Assembly (NCBI GenBank): GCA_030619985.1
Contig: JAUXAI010000002.1
Coordinates: 167-64,166, forward strand
Direction: 5' to 3'
Length of the DNA: 64,000 nt
Source: a bacterium
GTDB lineage: Bacteria > UBP18 > UBA7526
Position 1 is the stretch's first letter. Every line of letters starts with the position of its first letter. The notes below the pieces were generated by a model. The model ran no database searches. It was not told the origin of the DNA and worked only from the letters and a program-made list of their open reading frames with translations. Position numbers and translations under genes: made by a program. This document shows positions 25,315 to 32,787 of the stretch, in pieces.

Positions 25315-25713
25315 ATGTATAAAATAGATAAAAATGTCTATGCTTACAGATGCCCTAAATGCGGGCAACTCCATTATCCCGCCCCAATGCGCTGTAAAAA
25401 ATGTGGATATCGGCGCTATCCTGAGCAGGAAATTGAACCGAATTTCCAGAAAGAAGGATATAAACCTTGGGAAAAGACCCCTTTAAAAGGTTCTTGTAAA
25501 CTTCTAACTTATACTAGACTCTGGAACTTGCCAATAGGATTTGACCAGCGCTATCTGGACTTTGGCCTGGTTGAGTTTGAGAACGGCATAAGAGCATCGG
25601 GACGATTATTGGTAGATAAACCAAAAATAGGGATGAAACTGAATGTCAGGGTGGAAAAGATTAAAGAATTTTATGGCAAGGTTTGTTATGGTCTTCAATT
25701 TGTGAAACCCTGA
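25315..25713 (+). CDS. DUF35-type Zn-ribbon/OB-fold protein (thiolase partner)
   Basis: CPKCGQLHYPAPMRCKKCG zinc ribbon followed by an OB-like C-terminus, immediately after the thiolase gene. Confidence 0.65.
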   Translation: MYKIDKNVYAYRCPKCGQLHYPAPMRCKKCGYRRYPEQEIEPNFQKEGYKPWEKTPLKGSCKLLTYTRLWNLPIGFDQRYLDFGLVEFENGIRASGRLLVDKPKIGMKLNVRVEKIKEFYGKVCYGLQFVKP

Positions 25714-25785
25714 TGGGACTGGCCAATAGAAGGGTTAAAGATGCAAAATAGAATAAAAAAAATTTCAGATACTAAGGAGGAAAAA

Positions 25786-27069
25786 ATGACTAGAGATTAC
25801 CGGAAAGGAATGCAATTCTTAACCGATGCCCGGGAGCGGTTGGATATGGTGGCTAAGAAGTTAAGACTGGACCCAGGACTGGTGGATAAACTCAAGTTTC
25901 CCAAAAGAGCCCTAATTGTCTCCATACCAGTGAAGATGGATAATGGGCGTTTGAGAGTATTTACTGGCTATCGGGTGCAGCATAATGTAGACCGGGGGCC
26001 GGCCAAAGGAGGAATAAGATACCATCCCGAGGTTACCTTGGAGGAGGTTACTGCCTTAGCCATGCTCATGACCTGGAAGTGCGCTGTAGTGAATATTCCC
26101 TTTGGGGGAGCAAAGGGAGGGGTATACTGTAACCCCAGGGAGATGTCTTTAAAGGAACTGGAGGGATTGACCAGAAGGTTTACTTACGAGATCATGATGA
26201 TGATCGGTCCGGAGAAGGACATCGCGGCTCCCGATGTTTATACTAATCCTCAGGTTATGTCCTGGATGATGGATACCTACAGTATGCATCAGGGATTCTC
26301 TGTTCCTGGGGTGGTTACCGGAAAGCCGGTCCATCTGGGAGGCTCAAAGGGAAGGCTCGATGCTACGGGAAGAGGGGTGATGTTCATCACTCGGGAGGGA
26401 TTGAAACACCTTGGGCTTTCTTTGAAAGGAGCAACCATTGCCATCCAGGGATTCGGGAATGTGGGAAGCGCCTGTGCCAAGCTGTTGCATGAGGTAGGGG
26501 CAAGGATTGTAGCGGTCAGCGATATCAGTGGCGGTCTATTCAATCCTAAAGGGATAGACATCCCTTCTTTGATAAAACATGTAAAAAGAACTAAATATAA
26601 AGTTATTAAGGGCTTCAAGGGTCCGCAGTTCATCAGTGATTTTAAAAGAGCGAATGAGAAACTATTTGGATTAGAGGTTGATGTCCTCATTCCTGCTGCC
26701 CTGGAGAATCAGATCACAGAGGAGAATGCTGGGATCATAAAAGCCAAGATGATTACTGAGGCGGCCAATGGTCCTATCACTCCAAGAGCGGATAAGATAC
26801 TGGCCAAGAAGAAGATATTCATCATTCCCGATATCCTGGCCAATGCCGCTGGGGTGGTGGTCTCCTACTTTGAATGGGTCCAGGATACCCAGGCCCTCTT
26901 CTGGAAGGAGGAAGAGGTCAATCGAAGGTTAGAGGAGATCATGACCGAGGCTTTCTATGATGTCCTGCGCGCTGCGAAGAAGCACAGAGTAGATATGAGG
27001 ATGGCCGCCTATATGCTTGCTGTCTCAAGGGTAGCAGAGGCTACCAGGTTAAGAGGAATCTATCCCTAA
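25786..27069 (+). CDS. gdh: Glutamate dehydrogenase, copy 1
   Basis: YRVQHNVDRGPAKGGIRYHP, GGAKGG and IQGFGNVG are present. Start moved to ATG 25786 after aaggagg. Confidence 0.9.
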   Translation: MTRDYRKGMQFLTDARERLDMVAKKLRLDPGLVDKLKFPKRALIVSIPVKMDNGRLRVFTGYRVQHNVDRGPAKGGIRYHPEVTLEEVTALAMLMTWKCAVVNIPFGGAKGGVYCNPREMSLKELEGLTRRFTYEIMMMIGPEKDIAAPDVYTNPQVMSWMMDTYSMHQGFSVPGVVTGKPVHLGGSKGRLDATGRGVMFITREGLKHLGLSLKGATIAIQGFGNVGSACAKLLHEVGARIVAVSDISGGLFNPKGIDIPSLIKHVKRTKYKVIKGFKGPQFISDFKRANEKLFGLEVDVLIPAALENQITEENAGIIKAKMITEAANGPITPRADKILAKKKIFIIPDILANAAGVVVSYFEWVQDTQALFWKEEEVNRRLEEIMTEAFYDVLRAAKKHRVDMRMAAYMLAVSRVAEATRLRGIYP

Positions 27070-27118
27070 AACGCGAATCATCGCGAATAAAGAAAGGACG
27101 CGAATCATCGCGAATAAA
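27070..27118 (+). repeat. Two direct 21-nt copies (ACGCGAATCATCGCGAATAAA) upstream of hisF
   Basis: The copies lie at 27071-27091 and 27098-27118. Confidence 0.8.
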
Positions 27119-27148
27119 AAAACGTTAGTAAAGAGAATAATTCCCTGT

Positions 27149-27886
27149 TTGGATGTCAAGGATGGCCGGGTGGTTAAGGGGGTAAAGTTCGTTGATCTGA
27201 AGGATGTGGGAGATCCGGCCGAAATCGCCACCCTCTATGAAAAAGAGGGAGCGGATGAGTTGGCCTTCCTGGATATTAGTGCTACTGTGGAGAAGAGAAA
27301 GACCATGCTTCCCTGGGTGAAGAAGGTAGCGCAAGCGATAAATATACCACTCACTGTGGGGGGAGGAATTGGAAACCTTGAGGATATAGAAAAGATACTC
27401 GAAGCGGGGGCAAGTAAAATAGCCATCAATACCGCAGCGGTCAGAAATCCAGGTTTAGTAAAAGAGGCCTCTCAAAAGTTTGGTTCTCAGCGTATCATTG
27501 TAGCCGTCGATACCAGAAAAAATCCCAGTATGCCTTCAGGATATGAGGTGGTTGTTGAGGGAGGAAAGACCCCTACGGGCAAGGATGCTATCCAGTGGGC
27601 CAAAGAGGTAAAGAATTTGGGAGCAGGGGGGATTTTACCTACCAGTATTGATGCTGATGGGACAAAGAAGGGATATGACATCCATTCCATTCGTTTAATT
27701 GCTGAGGCCACTGGCCTCCCAGTCATCGCCTCTGGCGGTGCAGGGAACTTGGAGCACTTATATCAAGCCCTGACAGAAGGAAAGGCAGACGCTGTCTTGG
27801 CGGCTTCTATCTTTCACTTCCGGGAGTATACTATAAGAGAGGCCAAGGAATACTTAAAGAAAAAGGGAGTAGCAGTTCGTTTATAA
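27149..27886 (+). CDS. hisF: Imidazole glycerol phosphate synthase cyclase subunit (N-terminus unresolved)
   Basis: DVKDGRVVKG, DELAFLDI, GGGI and ASGGAG are present. The conserved KRIIPC strand is encoded in frame just upstream (27131-27148), but no ATG/GTG/TTG precedes it. Confidence 0.8.
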   Translation: MDVKDGRVVKGVKFVDLKDVGDPAEIATLYEKEGADELAFLDISATVEKRKTMLPWVKKVAQAINIPLTVGGGIGNLEDIEKILEAGASKIAINTAAVRNPGLVKEASQKFGSQRIIVAVDTRKNPSMPSGYEVVVEGGKTPTGKDAIQWAKEVKNLGAGGILPTSIDADGTKKGYDIHSIRLIAEATGLPVIASGGAGNLEHLYQALTEGKADAVLAASIFHFREYTIREAKEYLKKKGVAVRL

Positions 27887-27898
27887 AAAGGTTTATCT

Positions 27899-29371
27899 AT
27901 GTATTATCCAAGCCTAAAAGAATTTATTCGGAAATCTAAGAGAGGAAACCTCATCCCGGTCTATAAAGAAATCTTGGCAGACTTTGAAACTCCGGTCTCT
28001 GCCTTCACCAAGATCGATACTGGTGACTATGCCTATCTCTTAGAGAGCGCAGAGAAGGGAGAGAAATTAGGTCGCTATTCTTTTTTAGGGAGCAACCCTT
28101 CTTTAATATTTAAGAGCAAAGGAAGAAGAGTAGAGATAATTAGCGAGGGAAAAAAGAAAATCCAAGAGGTATTCGACCCCCTCATTACTTTGAAGAAGTT
28201 AATGGCAGATTATAAGTTCGTAAAGGTTAAGGGGCTTCCCAGGTTCGTGGGAGGGATGGTGGGCTATCTCGCTTATGATATGGTGCGCTTCTTTGAAGAA
28301 ATCCCGGACGAGAACCCGGATGACCTGAACCTTCCGGATGCCATCTTTCTCTTAGCCGATACCCTTCTCATCTTCGATCATTTAGAGCATAAGATAAAGG
28401 TGATCTCTAATGCCAGGATTAAAGAGAGCCCGAAGAAAGCCTACCAAGAGGCGATTGAAAAGATTAAGGATTTGATAGAGAAACTAAAGAAGCCTGTTAA
28501 AAAAGGGTTAAAGGTTAAGGGTCAAGGGTTAAGGTTTAGAGTAAGGTCGAATTTTACAAAAGAGGGATTTAAGAAAAAGGTAAGGAAAGCGAAGGAGTAT
28601 ATTAGAGCAGGGGATATCATTCAGGTCGTTCTCTCTCAGAGATTAGAGACTAAAATTACTGTTAATTCCTTTGATATCTATCGCGCACTACGAACCATCA
28701 ACCCCTCCCCCTATATGTATTATCTGAAGTGTAAGGATTTGAAGCTGGTCGGTTCTTCACCAGAGATTTTAGTGAGGTTAGAGGAGGGAATGGTAGAAGT
28801 AAGACCCATTGCCGGGACCAGGCATCGAGGAAAGACTTCAAAGGAGGACCAAGCCTTAGAAAAAGAACTCCTTGTCCACCCTAAGGATAGAGCAGAGCAT
28901 ATGATGCTTGTTGACTTGGGGAAGGAGGATGTAGGAAAAGTGTCAAGGCCCGGAAGCGTGAGAGTAAATGAACTCATGGTCATCGAAAAATACTCCCATG
29001 TGATGCACATTGTGAGTGACATTACTGGAAGACTACGGAAAAATAAAGATTCTTTCGATGTCCTGCGCTCTAACTTCCCTGCCGGAACAGTTGTCGGTGC
29101 CCCAAGGAAAAGGGCCCTGGAGATTATTGATGAGTTAGAGCCAGTAAGAAGGGGACCCTATGCCGGAGCAGTGGGCTACTTTTCTTTTTCCGGGAATCTC
29201 GATACCGGCATTACCATTAGAACCATAGTCATTAAAGGAAACCAGGCCTATATCCAGGCAGGAGCAGGAATCATTGCTGAATCTATTCCAGAGAAAGAAT
29301 ATCAGGAGACCATAAATAAGGCAAGAGCGCTTGTAAGAGCGGTAGAGATGGCAGAGAGAGGCCTTGAATAA
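27899..29371 (+). CDS. trpE: Anthranilate synthase component I (TrpE/PabB family)
   Basis: LLESAE, SPEILV, PIAGTR, DRAEHMMLVDL and GAVGY are present. Contains the GGTTAAG heptamer array. Confidence 0.8.
   Translation: MYYPSLKEFIRKSKRGNLIPVYKEILADFETPVSAFTKIDTGDYAYLLESAEKGEKLGRYSFLGSNPSLIFKSKGRRVEIISEGKKKIQEVFDPLITLKKLMADYKFVKVKGLPRFVGGMVGYLAYDMVRFFEEIPDENPDDLNLPDAIFLLADTLLIFDHLEHKIKVISNARIKESPKKAYQEAIEKIKDLIEKLKKPVKKGLKVKGQGLRFRVRSNFTKEGFKKKVRKAKEYIRAGDIIQVVLSQRLETKITVNSFDIYRALRTINPSPYMYYLKCKDLKLVGSSPEILVRLEEGMVEVRPIAGTRHRGKTSKEDQALEKELLVHPKDRAEHMMLVDLGKEDVGKVSRPGSVRVNELMVIEKYSHVMHIVSDITGRLRKNKDSFDVLRSNFPAGTVVGAPRKRALEIIDELEPVRRGPYAGAVGYFSFSGNLDTGITIRTIVIKGNQAYIQAGAGIIAESIPEKEYQETINKARALVRAVEMAERGLE
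28506..28547 (+). repeat. Intragenic heptamer tandem array (GGTTAAG-like x6) in trpE
   Basis: ggttaaa ggttaag ggtcaag ggttaag gtttaga gtaaggt, encoding GLKVKGQGLRFRVRS. Confidence 0.85.
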
Positions 29372-29489
29372 AGTAAGCAGGTGAGCAGGTGGGAAAGTGA
29401 GCAGGTGAGTCGCGGGAAAAAATCTGTGTTAATCTGTGTTTTTTAATCTGTGCTAATCTGTGCATAAAGAGATTTACAAAGAGAAAGAG
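29372..29489. repeat. GCAGGTGAG-word array followed by the ATCTGTG-word leader
   Basis: agtaagcaggtgagcaggtgggaaagtgagcaggtgag ... aatctgtgttaatctgtgttttttaatctgtgctaatctgtg. Confidence 0.75.
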
Positions 29490-30308
29490 ATGATTAGGTT
29501 TACTAAGATGTCTGCCAGTGGGAATGATTTCATTGTGATAGATAATCGAGAAAAGCAGATCCTGGATACTGGATCCTGGATGCTGGATTTTGTTAAAAAA
29601 ATATGTAAACGTAAAATAAATATAGGTGCAGATGGCCTGTTGCTTATTGAAGGCTCAGAAAAGGCAGATTTCAAGATGAGGGTCTTCAATCCCGATGGGG
29701 GAGAGGTTGAGATGTGTGGTAATGGGGCGAGGTGCGTCGCCCTTTGGGCGAAATCAAAAATCAAAAATCAAAAATCAAAATGCAAAATTGAGACCGAGGC
29801 TGGGATTCTGGAAGCAGAGGTCGTCTCTGACAATACAGTAAAACTGAAGATGAGCGACCCTGTTGATACCAGATTGAATTTTAAGCTTTTAGTGGGAGAT
29901 AAAGAATATGAGGTCCACACTATCAACACCGGCGTTCCCCATGTTGTTCTCTTTACAGAGGATTTAGAAAAAGCAAAAGTAAAAGAAATAGGAAAAAAAA
30001 TCAGGTATCACCAGGAATTTGCCCCGGAAGGAACGAATGTCAATTTTATAAGAGTAAGGGATGGGAACTCCCTTGACATCAGAACCTACGAAAGGGGAGT
30101 GGAGGATGAGACCTTAGCCTGCGGGACAGGAGCAGCTGCCTCTGCCATCATCTCCCATCTATTGGGCAGAACAAAAGCCCCCACTAAGATGCATACCAAA
30201 AGCGGTTCTATTCTTACAGTATACTTTGATTTTTCCCACTCTAAGATCACCGATCTTTATTTAGAAGGAGATGCGGAAATTATCTATCAAGGAGTTTTAT
30301 ATGGTTAG
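29490..30308 (+). CDS. dapF: Diaminopimelate epimerase
   Basis: FTKMSASGNDFIVIDN, MCGNGARC and ACGTGAAAS are present. Contains the AAATCAA heptamer array. The stop codon TAG overlaps GGTTAGAA, the first base pairs of junction repeat J1. Confidence 0.85.
   Translation: MIRFTKMSASGNDFIVIDNREKQILDTGSWMLDFVKKICKRKINIGADGLLLIEGSEKADFKMRVFNPDGGEVEMCGNGARCVALWAKSKIKNQKSKCKIETEAGILEAEVVSDNTVKLKMSDPVDTRLNFKLLVGDKEYEVHTINTGVPHVVLFTEDLEKAKVKEIGKKIRYHQEFAPEGTNVNFIRVRDGNSLDIRTYERGVEDETLACGTGAAASAIISHLLGRTKAPTKMHTKSGSILTVYFDFSHSKITDLYLEGDAEIIYQGVLYG
29751..29792 (+). repeat. Intragenic heptamer tandem array (AAATCAA x4 plus 2 degenerate) in dapF
   Basis: aaatcaa x4, then aatgcaa and aattgag, encoding KSKIKNQKSKCKIE. 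Confidence 0.9.
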
Positions 30309-30357
30309 AAATAACCGTAATTGTAATTTCATTAGGCAGATAAACCTAATGTTAGAT
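30304..30357 (+). repeat. Junction repeat J1, copy 1 (starts in the dapF stop codon)
   Basis: GTTAGAAATAACCGTAATTGTAATTTCATTAGGCAGATAAACCTAATGTTAGAT. Confidence 0.8.
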
Positions 30358-30385
30358 TTCATCGTGCAACGTTGAGGAAAAGAAG

Positions 30386-30793
30386 ATGAATATTTTCGAC
30401 TTCCCATTTTCTCATCCAGTTATCTACTGGGGTATAGCCTCACTTATGAGCCTGTATCAAGGAATAAGAGGGATATTTATTCAAAGGCATACCGTTGCCG
30501 TTCAAAATGTCGGGCTAGAAGCTGCCGACCCAAAACGCCAACCATGGACATTGAAAGAGCAAATTATAGTTCATAGAATTCATGACTTCATTTTCAACTT
30601 CGTATGCTCAATTGCCGGATACATAGCGCTGTATGCTATTTGCATAATTTTCCTCGACATAAATGACTTATCAAAAATAGAAACAGGCACAGGGATTATT
30701 CTAAGTTTATTGACTCTTGTATCTTTGGCTGGCATATCCGGGGTACTTCCACCACTGTTACTTTTCGGAAAATTATTTGGAAAAGTAGGATAA
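30386..30793 (+). CDS. Cassette ORF 1: small multi-pass membrane protein
   Basis: 135 aa with 3-4 hydrophobic helices, RBS gaggaaaag and no recognised family. Confidence 0.5.
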   Translation: MNIFDFPFSHPVIYWGIASLMSLYQGIRGIFIQRHTVAVQNVGLEAADPKRQPWTLKEQIIVHRIHDFIFNFVCSIAGYIALYAICIIFLDINDLSKIETGTGIILSLLTLVSLAGISGVLPPLLLFGKLFGKVG

Positions 30794-30801
30794 AAAATAA
30801 A

Positions 30802-30857
30802 ATCTAACAGTTGCTGTAGCTGACTCCTTATTTTTGTAAGGATTTTAATGGTTAGAA
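30802..30857 (+). repeat. attC-like site (weak) after cassette ORF 1
   Basis: ATCTAAC at 30802 and GTTAGAA at 30851. Only a short central stem (tcctta/taagga) is present. GTTAGAC at 30898 is an alternative end. Confidence 0.3.
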
Positions 30858-30904
30858 ATAGCCGTAATTGTAATTTTATTAGTACAGATAAACCTATGTT
30901 AGAC
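30836..30904 (+). repeat. Junction repeat J1, copy 2 (full length, with pseudo-dapF 3' end)
   Basis: GTAAGGATTTTAATGGTTAGAAATAGCCGTAATTGTAATTTTATTAGTACAGATAAACCTATGTTAGAC. The first 15 nt resemble the dapF end caaggagttttatatgg. Confidence 0.8.
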
Positions 30905-30942
30905 GACTGTAACGCCTCATAGAGGCACACGGGAGGGCTCGC

Positions 30943-32031
30943 ATGGTACAGGAAGGATTAAGACTATTCTATTCCTATTCCCACGCAGACGAAGGATTCC
31001 GTAGTCAGCTTGAAAAACACTTGGCAATTCTCCGGCGAAAGGGGAGCATCAGGGACTGGAGCGATCGACGGATTGCTCCCGGAGCTGAGTGGAAGGAAGA
31101 AATTGACAATGCTCTAGAAGCCGCGGACATTATTCTACTTCTAGTCAGCGCTGACTTTCTTGCATCAGATTATTGTTACGACGTCGAGCTGGAACGTGCC
31201 TTAGCCCGCCACAAGAAGGGTGATGCATTGGTCGTACCTATAATTATCAGACCAGTGGATCTCGAAGACTCGCCTCTCGCTGGATTGCAAGCATTGCCGA
31301 CTAACGCGAAAGCAGTCACAACATGGGACAACCGTGACGAGGCTTGGCTTAACGTCGCTCGCGGCATCCGTATCGCCTGCAGTAACATTCAGGAACTCAA
31401 ACGGGGTTCCACAACAGAGAAGGCGGACTCAGCAACCCAGGCACTACTCGAGGAAAAGAAGGCGGATTTTGGAATTTTGGATTTCAGCGCAGAACTCGAA
31501 GTCGCGATGCAGGTTGCCATCGACTGTCAAAATGCCATCACTAAACACACGGAAGAGGTCACAGAGGCACTCCAGTCAGGAACGACTAGAGCACTCCAAT
31601 TGAAGTCCTCCACTATGCCTGGTAAGGCAACTAGACTCCGGCAAATCGCTGGTTCAATGGCTGCCGCTCTAGCCGCATACGCAAAGAAAATAGAGAACAC
31701 CGCCAGCGAGCTAGAGGAATCTTGGGACCGAGTAGACGAGTTCTTGCCTAAGCTACTTGAGCTCAGTGATGTCGAGAAGGAGCGAGAACACGTTCCCGAG
31801 TTGCGGACGACCATTCTAGGTGCGATGGACTCAGTTGAGGGTGCCAGAGAGAGCGCAATGGGGGCCGCGGAATCTCTGGCTGAGCTTGCAAAACTAAGTG
31901 CAGCCCTCAAGATAGGCGCGAATAGGGCCAAGAAGGGAATCCAGGCAGTTGTTGAACAGTACTGGCGGATTGAAAACTCAATGCGGCAGACATTGTCCAG
32001 ACTGGATGACTTGTTCGGTATGAGCGACTAG
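30943..32031 (+). CDS. Cassette ORF 2: TIR-domain protein with alpha-helical C-terminal domain
   Basis: The N-terminal ~145 aa (LFYSYSHADE...ILLLVSADFLASDYCYDVELERAL...VPIIIRP) fit the bacterial TIR_2 pattern, including the conserved Glu. The remaining ~215 aa are Ala/Glu/Leu-rich helical. Confidence 0.8.
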   Translation: MVQEGLRLFYSYSHADEGFRSQLEKHLAILRRKGSIRDWSDRRIAPGAEWKEEIDNALEAADIILLLVSADFLASDYCYDVELERALARHKKGDALVVPIIIRPVDLEDSPLAGLQALPTNAKAVTTWDNRDEAWLNVARGIRIACSNIQELKRGSTTEKADSATQALLEEKKADFGILDFSAELEVAMQVAIDCQNAITKHTEEVTEALQSGTTRALQLKSSTMPGKATRLRQIAGSMAAALAAYAKKIENTASELEESWDRVDEFLPKLLELSDVEKEREHVPELRTTILGAMDSVEGARESAMGAAESLAELAKLSAALKIGANRAKKGIQAVVEQYWRIENSMRQTLSRLDDLFGMSD

Positions 32032-32065
32032 GACAGACAACCCGCCGGCGAGCAGAAAGGAACCC

Positions 32066-32150
32066 GTCTAACTTTGCGTTAACCTGACGGTCGCCCCTGT
32101 CACAGTCCTTGCGGGGCAAGGCGGGCGCCAGGGTCGCCCGCAAGTTATGC
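32066..32150 (+). repeat. attC-like site after the TIR cassette
   Basis: GTCTAACTTTGCG ... CGCAAGTTATGC, with an inner stem cctgacggtcgcc / ggcgccagg. Confidence 0.5.
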
Positions 32151-32154
32151 CGAC

Positions 32155-32197
32155 GTTATCTGACATTTTACACCATCAGAATTTGAATAGCTTTATC
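32155..32197 (+). repeat. Junction repeat J2, copy A
   Basis: GTTATCTGACATTTTACACCATCAGAATTTGAATAGCTTTATC. Confidence 0.8.
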
Positions 32198-32256
32198 GCT
32201 GTAATCGTCTTTCAAAATCTCTGTAATCAGATTCCGAGCGTAGTGAGGATATCTTA

Positions 32257-32290
32257 TAATTTTATTAGTCCAGATAAACCTATGTTAGCA
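32257..32290 (+). repeat. Junction repeat J1, copy 3 (3' half)
   Basis: TAATTTTATTAGTCCAGATAAACCTATGTTAGCA. Confidence 0.75.
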
Positions 32291-32307
32291 GCAATAAAAA
32301 AGGAGGA

Positions 32308-32697
32308 ATGACGATGTCACAATGGGACCAATTACAAATGGATACAAAGGTCACGCAAATATTAAATGTTCAGTCACACGAACCAGGTCATCATTTTGGC
32401 AGACCTTTCTTAACTCCGTATCAAATTGCAATCAGCTTTCAACAACGATTTCCGCAAGATTTCCAAACAATTGGAAAACCAGTTGGAGGAAAAGGAACTG
32501 GACAACAAGACTCTCTTGCGCAATACATTGCCCTTGAACTTTCCAAACGCATTAAAGACAGGAAGATTACCAATATAGAGGGAAGATTTTTGCATCGTGC
32601 AAATCTTCATTCACTTGAATATGAAGTGAATAATCAGATAATTGAATCATCATCGATACAGGCTTACGACTTGTCTATGTTTAGACTGATTGATTGA
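32308..32697 (+). CDS. Cassette ORF 3: hypothetical protein
   Basis: 129 aa, strong RBS aaggagg, no motif recognised. Confidence 0.45.
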   Translation: MTMSQWDQLQMDTKVTQILNVQSHEPGHHFGRPFLTPYQIAISFQQRFPQDFQTIGKPVGGKGTGQQDSLAQYIALELSKRIKDRKITNIEGRFLHRANLHSLEYEVNNQIIESSSIQAYDLSMFRLID

Positions 32698-32706
32698 AAA
32701 TTGAGC

Positions 32707-32778
32707 TGCTAACAAAACGCTGCACCTGACCGCTATTCCGCTGAGCTCCATAGTGGCAGGTGAGATTGGTCATTAGGT
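32707..32778 (+). repeat. Degenerate attC-like site between ORF 3 and ORF 4
   Basis: TGCTAAC ... cacctg / caggtg stem ... ATTAGGT. The last box has A instead of G. Confidence 0.35.
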
Positions 32779-32787
32779 GTAATAAAG

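Noticed and set aside
30836-30904. J1 as a conventional attC site, or as a riboswitch or sRNA
   Set aside because: Its GTTAG/ATTAG/GTTAG boxes are direct, not inverted, and no matching RYYYAAC arm exists within the element, so it is not an attC-type palindrome. I see no conserved stem pattern that would support a structured RNA. It is kept as an unexplained junction repeat.
31334-31603. Alternative-frame + strand ORFs inside larger genes (31334..31603, 32322..32537, 35452..35634, 37037..37231, 37481..37699, 39670..39897, 40195..40440, 43335..43673, 49483..49878, 52510..52731, 55780..55986, 59792..59992, 19931..20227, 8789..8974)
   Set aside because: Each is fully nested in, or overlaps, a gene with clear family motifs. 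None has an RBS or a recognisable domain.
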